From Occultella glacieicola (GTDB taxonomy: Bacteria > Actinomycetota > Actinomycetes > Actinomycetales > Beutenbergiaceae), in the NCBI RefSeq assembly GCF_004353825.1, contig NZ_SMNA01000015.1, positions 1 to 64,000 of the forward strand: a DNA stretch of 64,000 bases, given 5' to 3'. A model generated the notes under the pieces. That model was not told the origin of the DNA. It saw only the letters and a list, made by a program, of their open reading frames with translations, and ran no database searches. A program made the position numbers and the translations under genes. Every line of letters begins with the position of its first letter. Position 1 is the first letter of the stretch. Below are positions 37,896-47,892 of the stretch, one piece after another.

Positions 37896-38844
37896 CGTAG
37901 AACACCCAATACTTGGCGGCGAAGAAGTTGATCGCGGTGAAGGCGGCGATGATGACGAGGAGCAGCCACGCCATGGCGGAGGCGTAGCCCATCTGGAAGT
38001 TCGTGAACCCGCGCTCGTACAGGTAGAGCGTGTAGAAGAGTGTCGAGTCCGACGGGCCGCCGGACCCACCGGAGACGATGTAGGCCTGCGTGAAGGACTG
38101 GAACGCGCCGATGATCTGCAGCACGAGGTTGAAGAAGATGATCGGCGAGAGCAGCGGCAGGGTGACCCTCAGGAAGAGGTTGCGCTTGTTGGCACCGTCC
38201 AGCGCGGCGGCTTCGTAGTACATCGTCGGGATCTGCCGGAGCCCGGCGAGGAAGATCACCATGGGGGATCCGAACGTCCACACGTGCAGCAGGATCAGCG
38301 CCCAGAGCGCGTAGTCGGGATGCGAGACGTACCCGATGGTGGCGTCCACGCCGAACGCGCGAAGCATTTGGTTGATCAGGCCGTCGGTGCCGAAGATCTG
38401 CCGCCAGAGCAGGGCGATGGCGACCGAACCGCCGAGCATCGAGGGCAGGTAGAACACCGACCGGTAGAACGGCAGTCCCCGCATCCCCTTGTTCAGCAGG
38501 AGCGCGATCCCGAGGGCCACGATGAGCTGCAGGGGCACCCCGACGAGCACGTAGGTGAAGGTCACCCGAAGCGAGGTGTGCAGCCGCTCGTCCCCGAGCA
38601 TCCGCACGAGATTGTCGAAACCGGTGAAGTTCGGGGACTGGATCAGGTTGTAGTCGGTGAACGAGAGATAGAGGGACGCGAGCATCGGGCCGATCGTGAA
38701 CGCGAACAGGCCCACCAGCCAGGGCGCCAGGAAGGCATAGCCGGCCCGGTTGTCCCGCGACGCCTCCTTGCGACGGGCCGCACGTTGCTCCGGTGTCTGG
38801 TGCCCGCCCGTCTTGAGCTTTGAGAGTTCCCCGAGCGCGCTCAC
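37888..38844 (-). CDS. Carbohydrate ABC permease
   Basis: YYEAAALDGA, FYLPS, GYASAMAW. Confidence 0.92.
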   Translation of the reverse strand: MSALGELSKLKTGGHQTPEQRAARRKEASRDNRAGYAFLAPWLVGLFAFTIGPMLASLYLSFTDYNLIQSPNFTGFDNLVRMLGDERLHTSLRVTFTYVLVGVPLQLIVALGIALLLNKGMRGLPFYRSVFYLPSMLGGSVAIALLWRQIFGTDGLINQMLRAFGVDATIGYVSHPDYALWALILLHVWTFGSPMVIFLAGLRQIPTMYYEAAALDGANKRNLFLRVTLPLLSPIIFFNLVLQIIGAFQSFTQAYIVSGGSGGPSDSTLFYTLYLYERGFTNFQMGYASAMAWLLLVIIAAFTAINFFAAKYWVFYDD

Positions 38845-38847
38845 GGG

Positions 38848-40161
38848 TTAGGACCCGGAGACCGCGGCGGTCAGCTCGTCGTAGAAGCCGCTGGCGGCTT
38901 CCGCCGCCGTGGAGTTCCCGAACAACATCTCGGTGGCGTAACGGAGCAGGAGGGCACCGAACTGGCCACCGCCCGGCGGGGGTGCGATCGGGGTGTCGCC
39001 GAGCTCGGGCTCGATCTCCGAGATGAACGCTGCGACCCGCTGCTGCGGGTCCGAGAGCAGGTCCGAGATGTGGGCCTGCACCTCCTGGTTGGCCGGGATG
39101 CCTCGCTCGGCGAGGTTGGCCTCGCCGGACGCCGTGCTGTTGATCAGCCAGTTGATGAACGCGACGGCGGCCTCGGGGTTCTCGGTACGGGCCGAGGCGG
39201 ACCAGAGCATGGAGGCCTTGTACCAGGCCTTGCGGGTCGTGGCGTCCCCGTCGAGGCTCGGGAAGCGCAGGATCGTGAGCTCGGCTCCGCTCGCGGTCTC
39301 GGCCGCCTCCAGCTGGTTGGACCAATACATGGCCATGCCGGTCTTGCCGGTCAGGAACATGCTCTGGTCGAACGCGACCGAGGACTCCTCCGTGATCTGG
39401 GAGGCGGACGGCATGGCGCCCGCGTCGGCGAACTTCTGTTGGAACTCCAACCACGCCGTGACGTCATCCACCTCGAAGCCCAGCTGGGCGCCCTCGAGGA
39501 AGAGTTCCTTGCCCTGCTGACGCAGCCAGGCGCTGAACATCGCGTCGTTGGAGATGATCGCCGACGTGCCGATCACCGCGCCGGCCGAGGCGTCCGTGAT
39601 CGAGGTCGCCATTGCGAGCCAGTCGTCCCAGGTCCACGTCGTGTCGTCCGGAAGCGAGATGCCGTACTGGTCGAGGAGGGCGGTGTTCACCATCACGAGC
39701 GGGGTGTTGATTCCGGCGTTGACCCCGTAGTTGGTGCCGTCGATCACGCCGGAGTCCGCCGTGCCCTCGAGGAAGTCGCTGGTGTCGAGGCCGTACTCGT
39801 CGAGGTCGAGCAGCGCTCCGCGGCCGCCGTACTCGCTGATGTAGGCCATGTCCATCTGGATCACGTCAGGCGCGGTGTTGCCGGCCGTCTGGGTGGCGAG
39901 CCGGTCCCAGTAGCTCGCCCACTCGCCCGGCTGCGCCTCGATCGAGACGTCGGGGTTCTCATCCAGGTAGGCCGCGATGGCGTTCGTGGTGTTCTCGTTG
40001 CGGACCGGGTTGCCCCACCAGGTGAACGTCAGGGAGGTGCCGTCGCCGGAGGCGTCACCCCCGCCTCCGTCGCCGGTGTCGCCGCGGCTACAGCTGGCCA
40101 GACCGAGGCCGGCGGCCCCCATCGAGGCCATGGTGAGGAACTGACGTCGTGTTGTTCTCAT
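38848..40161 (-). CDS. Sugar ABC substrate-binding lipoprotein (Tat)
   Basis: TRRQFL signal, LASC lipobox, TWWGN, APDVIQMD. Confidence 0.9.
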   Translation of the reverse strand: MRTTRRQFLTMASMGAAGLGLASCSRGDTGDGGGGDASGDGTSLTFTWWGNPVRNENTTNAIAAYLDENPDVSIEAQPGEWASYWDRLATQTAGNTAPDVIQMDMAYISEYGGRGALLDLDEYGLDTSDFLEGTADSGVIDGTNYGVNAGINTPLVMVNTALLDQYGISLPDDTTWTWDDWLAMATSITDASAGAVIGTSAIISNDAMFSAWLRQQGKELFLEGAQLGFEVDDVTAWLEFQQKFADAGAMPSASQITEESSVAFDQSMFLTGKTGMAMYWSNQLEAAETASGAELTILRFPSLDGDATTRKAWYKASMLWSASARTENPEAAVAFINWLINSTASGEANLAERGIPANQEVQAHISDLLSDPQQRVAAFISEIEPELGDTPIAPPPGGGQFGALLLRYATEMLFGNSTAAEAASGFYDELTAAVSGS

Positions 40162-40214
40162 CGGGGTGTCTCTCGTCTTCGTCGTTGAAAGGGGCCGAGT
40201 GCGCGCGGTCACGT

Positions 40215-40226
40215 TACAACGTTGGA
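40215..40226. promoter_or_regulatory. LacI-type palindrome upstream of the second sugar ABC operon
   Basis: TACAACGTTGGA (core CAACGTTG) overlapping a minus-strand TAACGT -10. Confidence 0.5.
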
Positions 40227-40320
40227 TCGAGAGACAACAAGCGAGCGGGCGCGATGATCGGAAACCGATCTCTCGCCGGGACGCTTCAGCCGGACGGCCT
40301 CCGAGCGAGGCGCCGGCGCG

Positions 40321-41244
40321 TCACGGGAGCGGGTGGACCGAACCGGAGAAGTGCACGCGGCCGCTGCGCGGGTCCCACCCGAGGTAATTGGTACCGCCCT
40401 CGGTGGGGGTCAGGTTCAGGGCAACCTGGCCCGGCAGGAGGACCGGCTTGGCGAACTCGACGTCCCACACGAACGCGTCCCCGCGGGCCGGCCCCACGGT
40501 GGCGAGGGCCCGCGACGCCGTGTACATCCCGTGGGCGATCGCCTTGGGGAACCCGAACAGCTTCGCGCTCAGCCCGGACAGGTGGATCGGGTTCCGGTCC
40601 CCGGAGACGTCGGCATAGCGGCGGCCGGTGGACGCCCCGAGTCTCCAGTTCGCCGTGATCGGCGGTAGTGGCGCGTCCGGGTCGCGCCCGCCCGCTCCGG
40701 TGGGCTTCGACCCCTCGGCGGACTCGACCAGGGCGAGGCCCTTCATCGGCTTGCCCTTGGCCAGGTACGTCGACACGCCACGCCAGAGCACGTCAAGCCC
40801 GTCGGCCTGGCCGACCTCGGTGACGAGATCCACCTGGGTGCCGGAGCGGTGCGCGCGCAGGTTCTGCGCCCACGCCCGCACCGTCAGCACGTCCTGGGCA
40901 TGGACCGGGTGGCGTTGCTCGACCCGGTTGGCCACGTGCACCATGCCCATCAGAGGTAGCGGGAAGTCCTCCCGGGCCATCACAGCCACCGCGACCGGGA
41001 ACCCGATCACATGCACGTACCCGGCGGGCAGAGTGTCCGTGCCCGCTTCCCCGAGCAGGTGCTGGTAGGCGGCGAGCTGGGCCTGGTCGACGCGCACGTT
41101 GTCGACCCGGTAGGCGACCTCCGGGAGCCGAGCCGCGAGCGGACCGGGTCGGCGCACCATCAGGCGCGCGGACCTGGCCACGGCCTGCCCGTACAGCGAG
41201 GTCAGGGACGGGACCTCCGGGAGGAGGTGCTCGCGCCCGCTCAC
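40321..41244 (-). CDS. MaoC-like double hot-dog dehydratase (HtdX-like)
   Basis: SGDRNPIH, AIAHGM. GTGA overlap with the upstream gene. Confidence 0.88.
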   Translation of the reverse strand: MSGREHLLPEVPSLTSLYGQAVARSARLMVRRPGPLAARLPEVAYRVDNVRVDQAQLAAYQHLLGEAGTDTLPAGYVHVIGFPVAVAVMAREDFPLPLMGMVHVANRVEQRHPVHAQDVLTVRAWAQNLRAHRSGTQVDLVTEVGQADGLDVLWRGVSTYLAKGKPMKGLALVESAEGSKPTGAGGRDPDAPLPPITANWRLGASTGRRYADVSGDRNPIHLSGLSAKLFGFPKAIAHGMYTASRALATVGPARGDAFVWDVEFAKPVLLPGQVALNLTPTEGGTNYLGWDPRSGRVHFSGSVHPLP

Positions 41245-42587
41245 TGGCCCACCATGTTCTGTCCGCACACCCGCAGCACCTCACCGTTGATGCCACCGGC
41301 CTGCGGGGACGCCAGGAAGGCGATGGCCTCGGCCACGTCGACCGGCTGCCCACCCTGCTGCAACGAGTTCAGCCGACGGGCAACCTGACGGGTGAGCGTG
41401 GGGATCCGCGCCGTCATCTCGGTCTCGATGAAGCCCGGAGCCACGGCGTTCGCGGTGCCCGCCCCGGCGACCCGGCCGGCCAGCGAGCGGGTCATCCCGA
41501 TCACGGCGGCCTTGGAGAACCCGTAGTTCGTCTGACCGCGGTTGCCGGCGATCCCCGACGTCGAGGCGAGCGAGACCAGGCGCAACCCGTCCGGTGCCAG
41601 CCCGTCGGCCGCCAGGAACACGTCGTTCATGCGTAGTTGTGCCTCGATGTTCACGGCGACGACCGCGTCCCACTGCTCGGGCTTCATGTTCGCGAGCAGC
41701 TTGTCCCTGGTGATCCCGGCGTTGTGCACCACGACGTCGATCCTGCCGTAGCGGGCCCGGGCCCGCTCGATGATGCGCTCGGCCGCATCGTCGGCCGTGA
41801 TGTCCAGCTGCAGCGCGATGCCACCCACCTCGTTCATCACGGTGGCCAACGACTCTCCGGCCGCCGGCACGTCCACGCCGAGCACCTGCGCGCCGTCGCG
41901 GTGCAGCACGCGTGCGATCTCCGCGCCGATGCCGCGTGCGGCACCCGTCACGACGGCGACCCGGCCCTCGAGCGGACGCGTCCAGTCGGCCGGTGCGGCG
42001 CCGTCGGGCGTGCTCACCCGCACGAACTGGCCGTCCACGAAGGCCGAGCGGGCGGACAGCAGGAACCGCAGGGCCCCGACGGCGGAGGGCGCGTCGGGGC
42101 TGACCGTCTCGCCGAGCACGACGCCGTTGCCGGTCGCACCGGCGCGCAGTTCCTTCGCGACCGAGCGCAGCAAGCCGTCCACGCCGTGGCGGACCGCCGC
42201 GACGGCCGGCTCGTCCTCCGGACCCGCGGCCCGCGAGACGGTGACGACGCGGCCGCCCGGAGCCAGTGAGCGCAGCACGGACCCGAGGGCGCGAACCCGC
42301 TGGGAGGCCTGCTCGGGGCTGGTCAGGTCGGTCAGCACGACCACCACGGCGCCGACCTTGCCCTCGGGCGCATTCCGGTGCACGTCAAGGTCCCAGCCCA
42401 GCAGGACCCGGGCGATCGCGTCCGTGTCCGGCCCCTCGCCGATGACCAGCGTCCGGCCCGGGACCAGCGGGGTGTCGACGGCCGACGGGTCCGTGCGGCG
42501 CAGGTGCGCCGGACGCGGCAGGCCGAGCTTGGTGGCGAGCGTCTTGGTGATGCCCGAGTTCACGAGTTCGAGGTAGGCGTCGCTCAT
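41241..42587 (-). CDS. fabG: High-molecular-weight 3-oxoacyl reductase (FabG4-like)
   Basis: N-terminal extra domain, then TGAARGIG, HNAGITRD, NYGFSK. Confidence 0.9.
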   Translation of the reverse strand: MSDAYLELVNSGITKTLATKLGLPRPAHLRRTDPSAVDTPLVPGRTLVIGEGPDTDAIARVLLGWDLDVHRNAPEGKVGAVVVVLTDLTSPEQASQRVRALGSVLRSLAPGGRVVTVSRAAGPEDEPAVAAVRHGVDGLLRSVAKELRAGATGNGVVLGETVSPDAPSAVGALRFLLSARSAFVDGQFVRVSTPDGAAPADWTRPLEGRVAVVTGAARGIGAEIARVLHRDGAQVLGVDVPAAGESLATVMNEVGGIALQLDITADDAAERIIERARARYGRIDVVVHNAGITRDKLLANMKPEQWDAVVAVNIEAQLRMNDVFLAADGLAPDGLRLVSLASTSGIAGNRGQTNYGFSKAAVIGMTRSLAGRVAGAGTANAVAPGFIETEMTARIPTLTRQVARRLNSLQQGGQPVDVAEAIAFLASPQAGGINGEVLRVCGQNMVGQ

Positions 42588-43909
42588 GCCGCTTCCAGGA
42601 TCATCGCGACGGCCTGGCCACCGGCGGCACACACGGAGATGAGCCCACGGACGGCTCCGCCGTCGGGGCGGTCCTTCTTCGCTCTTGCCAACAGGGTGGC
42701 CAGCGTGCCGACGATCCGGGCGCCGGTGGCACCGAACGGGTGGCCGGCCGCCAGGGAGGAGCCGGCCACGTTGAGGACGGCCGGGTTGATCCGGCCGAGC
42801 GGGGGCAGGCCGACCTTCTCCACCATGAACTTCTCATCGGCCCAGGCGGCCGTCGTGGTCAGCACGGTGGAGGCGAACGCCTCATGGATCTCGATGAAGT
42901 CGAAGTCCGCGAGCACCAGCTTGTTGCGGTGCAGCAGGCGCGGCACGGCGTACGCGCCGCCCATCAGCAGGCCCTCCTCGCCACGCACGAAGTCCACGGC
43001 GGCGGCCTCGGCGTCGACCACATGCGCGAGCACCGGCAGGCCCCGCTCGGCGGCCCACTCGTCGGTTCCGAGCAGGACCGTCGCGGCGCCGTCGGACAGC
43101 GGCGTCGAGTTGCCCGCCGTCATCGTCGCAACGCCCTCACCGAGTCCCTTGCCGAACACCGGCTTGAGCTTGGCGAGCTTCTCCGCCGAGGTGTCCGGGC
43201 GTAGCGACTCGTCCCGGGTCAGACCGCGGTAGGGCGTGATCAGGTCGTCGAAGAGACCGTCGGAGTAGGCCTGCGCGAGGTTCTGGTGGGAGGCCAGCGC
43301 GATCTCGTCCTGGGCCTCACGGGTGATCTTCCACTTCAGCGTGGTCAGCGCCTGGTGCTCGCCCATCGACAGCCCGGTGCGGGGCTCGGCGACGTCCGGC
43401 GCCACGGGGGCCAGGTCGCCGGGGCGGATGCTGGCGACCAGCCTCAGCTTGTCCGGGATGGTCTTCGCGCGGGACAGCTTGATCAGGGTCCCGCGGAGCC
43501 GGTCGCTGACCACGATCGGGGCGTCCGAGGTCGAGTCCACCCCGGCGGCGATCCCGGAGTCGATCTGGCCGAGGGCGATCTTGTTCGCGACGGCCGTGAC
43601 CGTCTCCAGGCTGGTGCCGCAGGCGCGCTGGACGTCGAACGCGGGGGTCTGCGGGGACAGCGCGGACCCCAGGACGGCCTCGCGGGTCATGTTGAAGTCA
43701 CGGGAGTGCTTGAGCACGGCGCCGCCGGCCACGTCCCCGAGGCGCTCGCCCTGCAACTGGAACCGGGCCACCAGTCCGGAGAGCGCGGCGCCGAGCATGT
43801 CCAGGTTGGAGGCGTTGGCGTACGCGCCGCCGGCCTTGCCGAACGGGATGCGGTTGGACCCGATCACCGCGGCGCGGCGGGGGGTGGGACTGCTCGGCCT
43901 GTTCGGCAT
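42584..43909 (-). CDS. fadA: Acetyl-CoA acyltransferase (thiolase, FadA2-like)
   Basis: QRACGTS, HEAF, GHPFGATG, SVCAAGG. Confidence 0.92.
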   Translation of the reverse strand: MPNRPSSPTPRRAAVIGSNRIPFGKAGGAYANASNLDMLGAALSGLVARFQLQGERLGDVAGGAVLKHSRDFNMTREAVLGSALSPQTPAFDVQRACGTSLETVTAVANKIALGQIDSGIAAGVDSTSDAPIVVSDRLRGTLIKLSRAKTIPDKLRLVASIRPGDLAPVAPDVAEPRTGLSMGEHQALTTLKWKITREAQDEIALASHQNLAQAYSDGLFDDLITPYRGLTRDESLRPDTSAEKLAKLKPVFGKGLGEGVATMTAGNSTPLSDGAATVLLGTDEWAAERGLPVLAHVVDAEAAAVDFVRGEEGLLMGGAYAVPRLLHRNKLVLADFDFIEIHEAFASTVLTTTAAWADEKFMVEKVGLPPLGRINPAVLNVAGSSLAAGHPFGATGARIVGTLATLLARAKKDRPDGGAVRGLISVCAAGGQAVAMILEAA

Positions 43910-44034
43910 GGAACTCCTCGTTCGGATCGTTGCGACTCGGAACTGATGGTCGTGGTCGTGCTCTGATCGTGGCCCGGCCGGAAGCCGGACCCCGACGCGT
44001 GCCTACTACCAACAGTACCTGATACTCTCAGTCC

Positions 44035-44736
44035 GTGAGTAGGGTCACAGTCGCCACGACACCCGCCGAACCCGAGGGTTCCGACGCGGACGGCCGCTCG
44101 CGCCGATGGGACGCCCACCGGGCCGAGCGCCGGGCCGAACTGTGCCATGCTGCCCGCCGGGCCGTGCACCACGGCGGCGCGGAGCTGTCCATGGACGAGC
44201 TGGCGGCCCAGATGGGCACCTCGAAGTCGATCGTGTACCGGTACTTCACGGACAAGGCCGGCCTCCAGGCGGCCGTCGGGGCGATGGTGCTGGCGGAGAT
44301 GTCCGGGGCCTTCGAGGAGGCCGCACACGGTGCGGGCAGCCCGCGGGACCGGCTGCGGGCCATGGTCGGGATCTACGTCGGCACCCTCGCGCAGTCGACG
44401 AGCGTGTACCGCTTCGTGACCCGGTCGGGCGACGGCGCCCCCGGGGCGGACGCGGACGTGTCCGACTTCCTGACCACCCTGACCGACTACGTCGCGGCGC
44501 CCCTGCGCGACGTCCTGACCGGATCCACGTCCGACCCGCGCCTGGCCGACGCCTGGGCGGCCGGCGTGGTCGGGTTCGTGCGGGGAGCGGCCGAGTCCTG
44601 GCTCGCCCTCGATCCTGCGGACCGCCTGGACCCCGAGCGTCTCGTGGTCCTGATCAGCAACTGGCTCTGGGCCGGGGCGAGTGCCCCGCTGCCCGGCATC
44701 ACCCGGATCTCGACAGTTCCATCGGAGGAAGCATGA
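44035..44736 (+). CDS. TetR-family regulator
   Basis: SMDELAAQMGTSKSIVYRYFTDK. TACTCT -10 lies 6 nt before GTG. Confidence 0.9.
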   Translation: MSRVTVATTPAEPEGSDADGRSRRWDAHRAERRAELCHAARRAVHHGGAELSMDELAAQMGTSKSIVYRYFTDKAGLQAAVGAMVLAEMSGAFEEAAHGAGSPRDRLRAMVGIYVGTLAQSTSVYRFVTRSGDGAPGADADVSDFLTTLTDYVAAPLRDVLTGSTSDPRLADAWAAGVVGFVRGAAESWLALDPADRLDPERLVVLISNWLWAGASAPLPGITRISTVPSEEA

Positions 44737-46820
44737 GCAGTACTGCCAAGCCCACCGCCCCCGAGCGCCTGCAGTTCGACACGGCGGCGGTCGCCGACCT
44801 GGTGGACGGCCGCTGGGCCCAGATCCGCCGCGAGATGCGCGAGTGGATGCTGGACGAGCGCCTCCGCAAGGTCGAGGGGCTGCCGTACTCCGAGCACCGC
44901 GCCCGGGTCCTCGAGCAGGCCAAGCTCCTGGTGGAGCTCGGGCTCATCCAGCGTGCGTTCCCGGCGCGGCTCGGCGGGTCGGACGACCCGGGCGGCAACA
45001 TCGCCGGGTTCGAGGAGCTCGTGGTCGGGGACCCGTCGCTGCAGATCAAGGGCGGCGTGCAGTGGGGCCTGTTCGCGGCGGCGATCCTGCACCTGGGCAC
45101 CGACCACCACCACGACGCGTTCCTGCCGGGCGCCATGGACCTGACCGTCCCGGGTTGCTTCGCGATGACCGAGATCGGGCACGGCTCGGACGTCGCCGAA
45201 CTCGCCACCACCGCCACCTACGACCCGCAGACGCAGGAGTTCGTCATCAACACCCCGTTCCGCGGGGCCTGGAAGGACTACATCGGCAACGCCGGTGAGC
45301 ACGGCACGGCCGCCGTGGTGTTCGCGCAGCTGATCACCCGTGGCGTGAACCACGGCGTGCACGCCTTCTACACCCCGATCCGGGCGACGAGCCCCGACGG
45401 CAGCGCCGGGGACTTCCTGCCCGGTGTCCAGGGTGAGGACGACGGCCTCAAGGGTGGCCTGAACGGTGTGGACAATGGTCGGCTCGCGTTCGACCACGTG
45501 CGGGTGCCGCGGACGAACCTGCTGAACCGGTACGGCGATGTGACCCCCGAGGGTGAGTACTCCTCACCGATCGACAGCCCCGGCCGCCGGTTCTTCACCA
45601 TGCTCGGCACCCTGGTCCAGGGCCGGGTCTCGCTCGGTGGCGCCTCGGTGGCGGTCTCGAAGATGGCGCTGGCCACGGCCATCCGCTACGGCAACGAACG
45701 CCGCCAGTTCACCGGCGCTGACGACACGGTCGAGACCGTGATCATGGACTACCAGCAGCACCAGCGGCGGCTGCTGCCGCTGCTTGCCCGCACCTACGCG
45801 GCTCAGTTCACCCACAACCAGCTGCTGCAGCGCTTCCACGAGGTGTTCTCCGGCGAGTTCGACACCGACTCCGACCGTCAGGACCTCGAGACCCTCGCCG
45901 CGGCGTCGAAGCCACTGAGCACCTGGCTCGCGATGGAGACCATCCAGACCGCCCGCGAGGCGTGCGGCGGGGCGGGCTACATGGCCGAGAACAAGCTCGT
46001 CGGGCTGCACCAGGACATGGACGTGTACACCACGTTCGAGGGCGACAACACGGTGCTCCTGCAGCTCGTCGGCAAGCGGCTGCTCACCGACTACGGCCGG
46101 TCCATGGCGAAGATGGACGTGGCCGGGGCGGTGCGGTACGTGGCCGACCGGGCCGTGGACATGACGCTGCACCGGACCCCGCTGCGCCGGGCCGCCCAGT
46201 CCATCCAGGACTGGGGCTCCAAGGCCCGCTCGGCGGGCGAGTTGCGCGACCCCGAGGCCCAGCGGGAACTTCTCGAGGACCGCGTGGAGACCATGGTCGA
46301 GGGCGTCGCACTCGCCCTCCGCGGGGCCAAGGGGGCCTCGCCCGAGGTCGGCGCCGACCTGTTCAACGACAACCAGCACGAGCTCATCGAGGCGGCCCGC
46401 GCCCACGGGGAACTGCTCCAGTGGGAGGCGTTCACCGAGGCGCTGGGTCGGATCGAGGACCAGGACACCCTCCGCGTGATGACCTGGCTGCGGGACCTGT
46501 TCGGGCTGGTGACGATCGAGAAGAACCTGTCCTGGTACCTGATCCACGGGCGGATCTCCGCGCAGCGGGCCGAGACGGTGACCTCCTACATCAACCGGCT
46601 GCTGCCCCGGCTGCGGGTGCACGCCGCCGAGCTCGTGGAGGCGTTCGGCTACACCGACAAGCACATCGGCGCCACCATCGGCACCGGCGTGGAGGCCGAG
46701 CGCCAGGCGCAGGCGCGCGAGTACAAGCGCCAGCAGCGCGCCAGCGGCGACGAGCCGGTCACCGAGAAGACACTCCGGGCCCGGGAGAAGGCCGAGCGGA
46801 AGGCCAAGGTCAGCGCCTGA
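44733..46820 (+). CDS. Acyl-CoA dehydrogenase/oxidase
   Basis: CFAMTEIGHGSD, GLNGVDNG, REACGGAG, TFEGDN. ATGA overlap, GGAGG RBS. Confidence 0.9.
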   Translation: MSSTAKPTAPERLQFDTAAVADLVDGRWAQIRREMREWMLDERLRKVEGLPYSEHRARVLEQAKLLVELGLIQRAFPARLGGSDDPGGNIAGFEELVVGDPSLQIKGGVQWGLFAAAILHLGTDHHHDAFLPGAMDLTVPGCFAMTEIGHGSDVAELATTATYDPQTQEFVINTPFRGAWKDYIGNAGEHGTAAVVFAQLITRGVNHGVHAFYTPIRATSPDGSAGDFLPGVQGEDDGLKGGLNGVDNGRLAFDHVRVPRTNLLNRYGDVTPEGEYSSPIDSPGRRFFTMLGTLVQGRVSLGGASVAVSKMALATAIRYGNERRQFTGADDTVETVIMDYQQHQRRLLPLLARTYAAQFTHNQLLQRFHEVFSGEFDTDSDRQDLETLAAASKPLSTWLAMETIQTAREACGGAGYMAENKLVGLHQDMDVYTTFEGDNTVLLQLVGKRLLTDYGRSMAKMDVAGAVRYVADRAVDMTLHRTPLRRAAQSIQDWGSKARSAGELRDPEAQRELLEDRVETMVEGVALALRGAKGASPEVGADLFNDNQHELIEAARAHGELLQWEAFTEALGRIEDQDTLRVMTWLRDLFGLVTIEKNLSWYLIHGRISAQRAETVTSYINRLLPRLRVHAAELVEAFGYTDKHIGATIGTGVEAERQAQAREYKRQQRASGDEPVTEKTLRAREKAERKAKVSA

Positions 46821-46924
46821 CGACTCGGCCGGCGCGGCGGTTCGGCCCGCGCCTCCCGGCGTGCCGCCTCCACTCCCGGCCCTCGCTCCAAGCCCCCGCT
46901 CCTCGAGGCTGTCGCCGACGCCCC

Positions 46925-46955
46925 GAGTCAATCGTTGCGGCGCGATCACTGACTC
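46925..46955. terminator. Hairpin between convergent genes
   Basis: GAGTCA-ATCG...CGAT-CAC-TGACTC, with no clear U-tract. Confidence 0.35.
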
Positions 46956-46968
46956 AAGGGCTACCCGA

Positions 46969-47811
46969 CTACCTCGGCGGCGCCCCGTCGGAGGCGGGTG
47001 CGGCCCGGGCGGCACGCACGTTGGCCTCGTGCTCCTCGCGCAGCCAGGCGGGACCGGTCGCGAGGCGCGGGTCCTCGTCCCGCGCGCCCTCGGCCGGTCC
47101 GATCGGCTCCGCCAACGCGGCAAGGTAGGCAAGGTAGGCAAGGTAGGCCCGGTCGGCACGCAGCCGGGCAGCGGGTGAGTCGGCCGTGCCGGCAGGGCCG
47201 GAGAGTGCCACGCGCCCGTGCCCGGGGATGAGCACCGCCGCCTGTTCGACGTAGGGCGCAAGCCGCTCCAGGCCCGCCGCGTACGCCGTGATCCCGGTCT
47301 CGCCGGCGAGCGGGATCTCGACGTCCGAGAGCATGTCCGCGGCGACGAGCGCGCCCACTGCGGGTACCCAGAGCGCCCCGTGTCCGGGCGCGTGCGCGTC
47401 GTGCGCGACCACCTCGACGACCGGACCCGCCCAGGGCAACCCTGCGCCGTCGTACCCCTCGACGAGCCCCGCGAGCGGTCGCAGGTTCGGCTCGACGGCG
47501 GCACGCAGTTCGTCGAGATGCTCGACGGCGGAGGTCGCCGCCGCGGTCGTGGCCAGTCTCGGGCCGGTTCCGAACCGCTCGTGCCAGAGCACGTGGTCGT
47601 GGTGGGCGTGGGTCGCCCAGCCGAGCACCACCCGCAGCGATCGGGACTCGAGCAGGTCGGCGATGGCCGCGAGCTCGTCGGGGTGCCAGGTGGGGTCGAC
47701 GAGGACGGCGTCGCGGCCGTCGTGCAGCACCGTGGTGGTCGTGTGCATGGTGCGCGAGGTGAGCACGAGGATGCCCTCGGCGACCTCGAGGGGGTCGGCG
47801 GCGTGGTCCAT
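46969..47811 (-). CDS. MBL-fold metallo-hydrolase
   Basis: VLVDP, THAHHDH, HAPGH, AADMLSD, IPGHG. Confidence 0.88.
   Translation of the reverse strand: MDHAADPLEVAEGILVLTSRTMHTTTTVLHDGRDAVLVDPTWHPDELAAIADLLESRSLRVVLGWATHAHHDHVLWHERFGTGPRLATTAAATSAVEHLDELRAAVEPNLRPLAGLVEGYDGAGLPWAGPVVEVVAHDAHAPGHGALWVPAVGALVAADMLSDVEIPLAGETGITAYAAGLERLAPYVEQAAVLIPGHGRVALSGPAGTADSPAARLRADRAYLAYLAYLAALAEPIGPAEGARDEDPRLATGPAWLREEHEANVRAARAAPASDGAPPR
47119..47148. repeat. 9-bp tandem repeat x3 (AYL-AYL-AYL)
   Basis: GGCAAGGTA x3 + GGC. Confidence 0.9.
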
Positions 47812-47853
47812 CGCAGCAGTGTGGCGTGAGGCGCGGCCGGTCACACTCCGAGA

Positions 47854-47877
47854 CCGGGTTAGGGTGGCCTTAGTCGA
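47854..47877. promoter_or_regulatory. DtxR/IdeR-like iron box
   Basis: GGGTTAGGGTGGCCTTA, a partial match to TWAGGTWAGSCTWACCTWA, just upstream of the RBS of the siderophore-interacting protein. Confidence 0.55.
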
Positions 47878-47892
47878 GTCGAGGAGTAGGTC

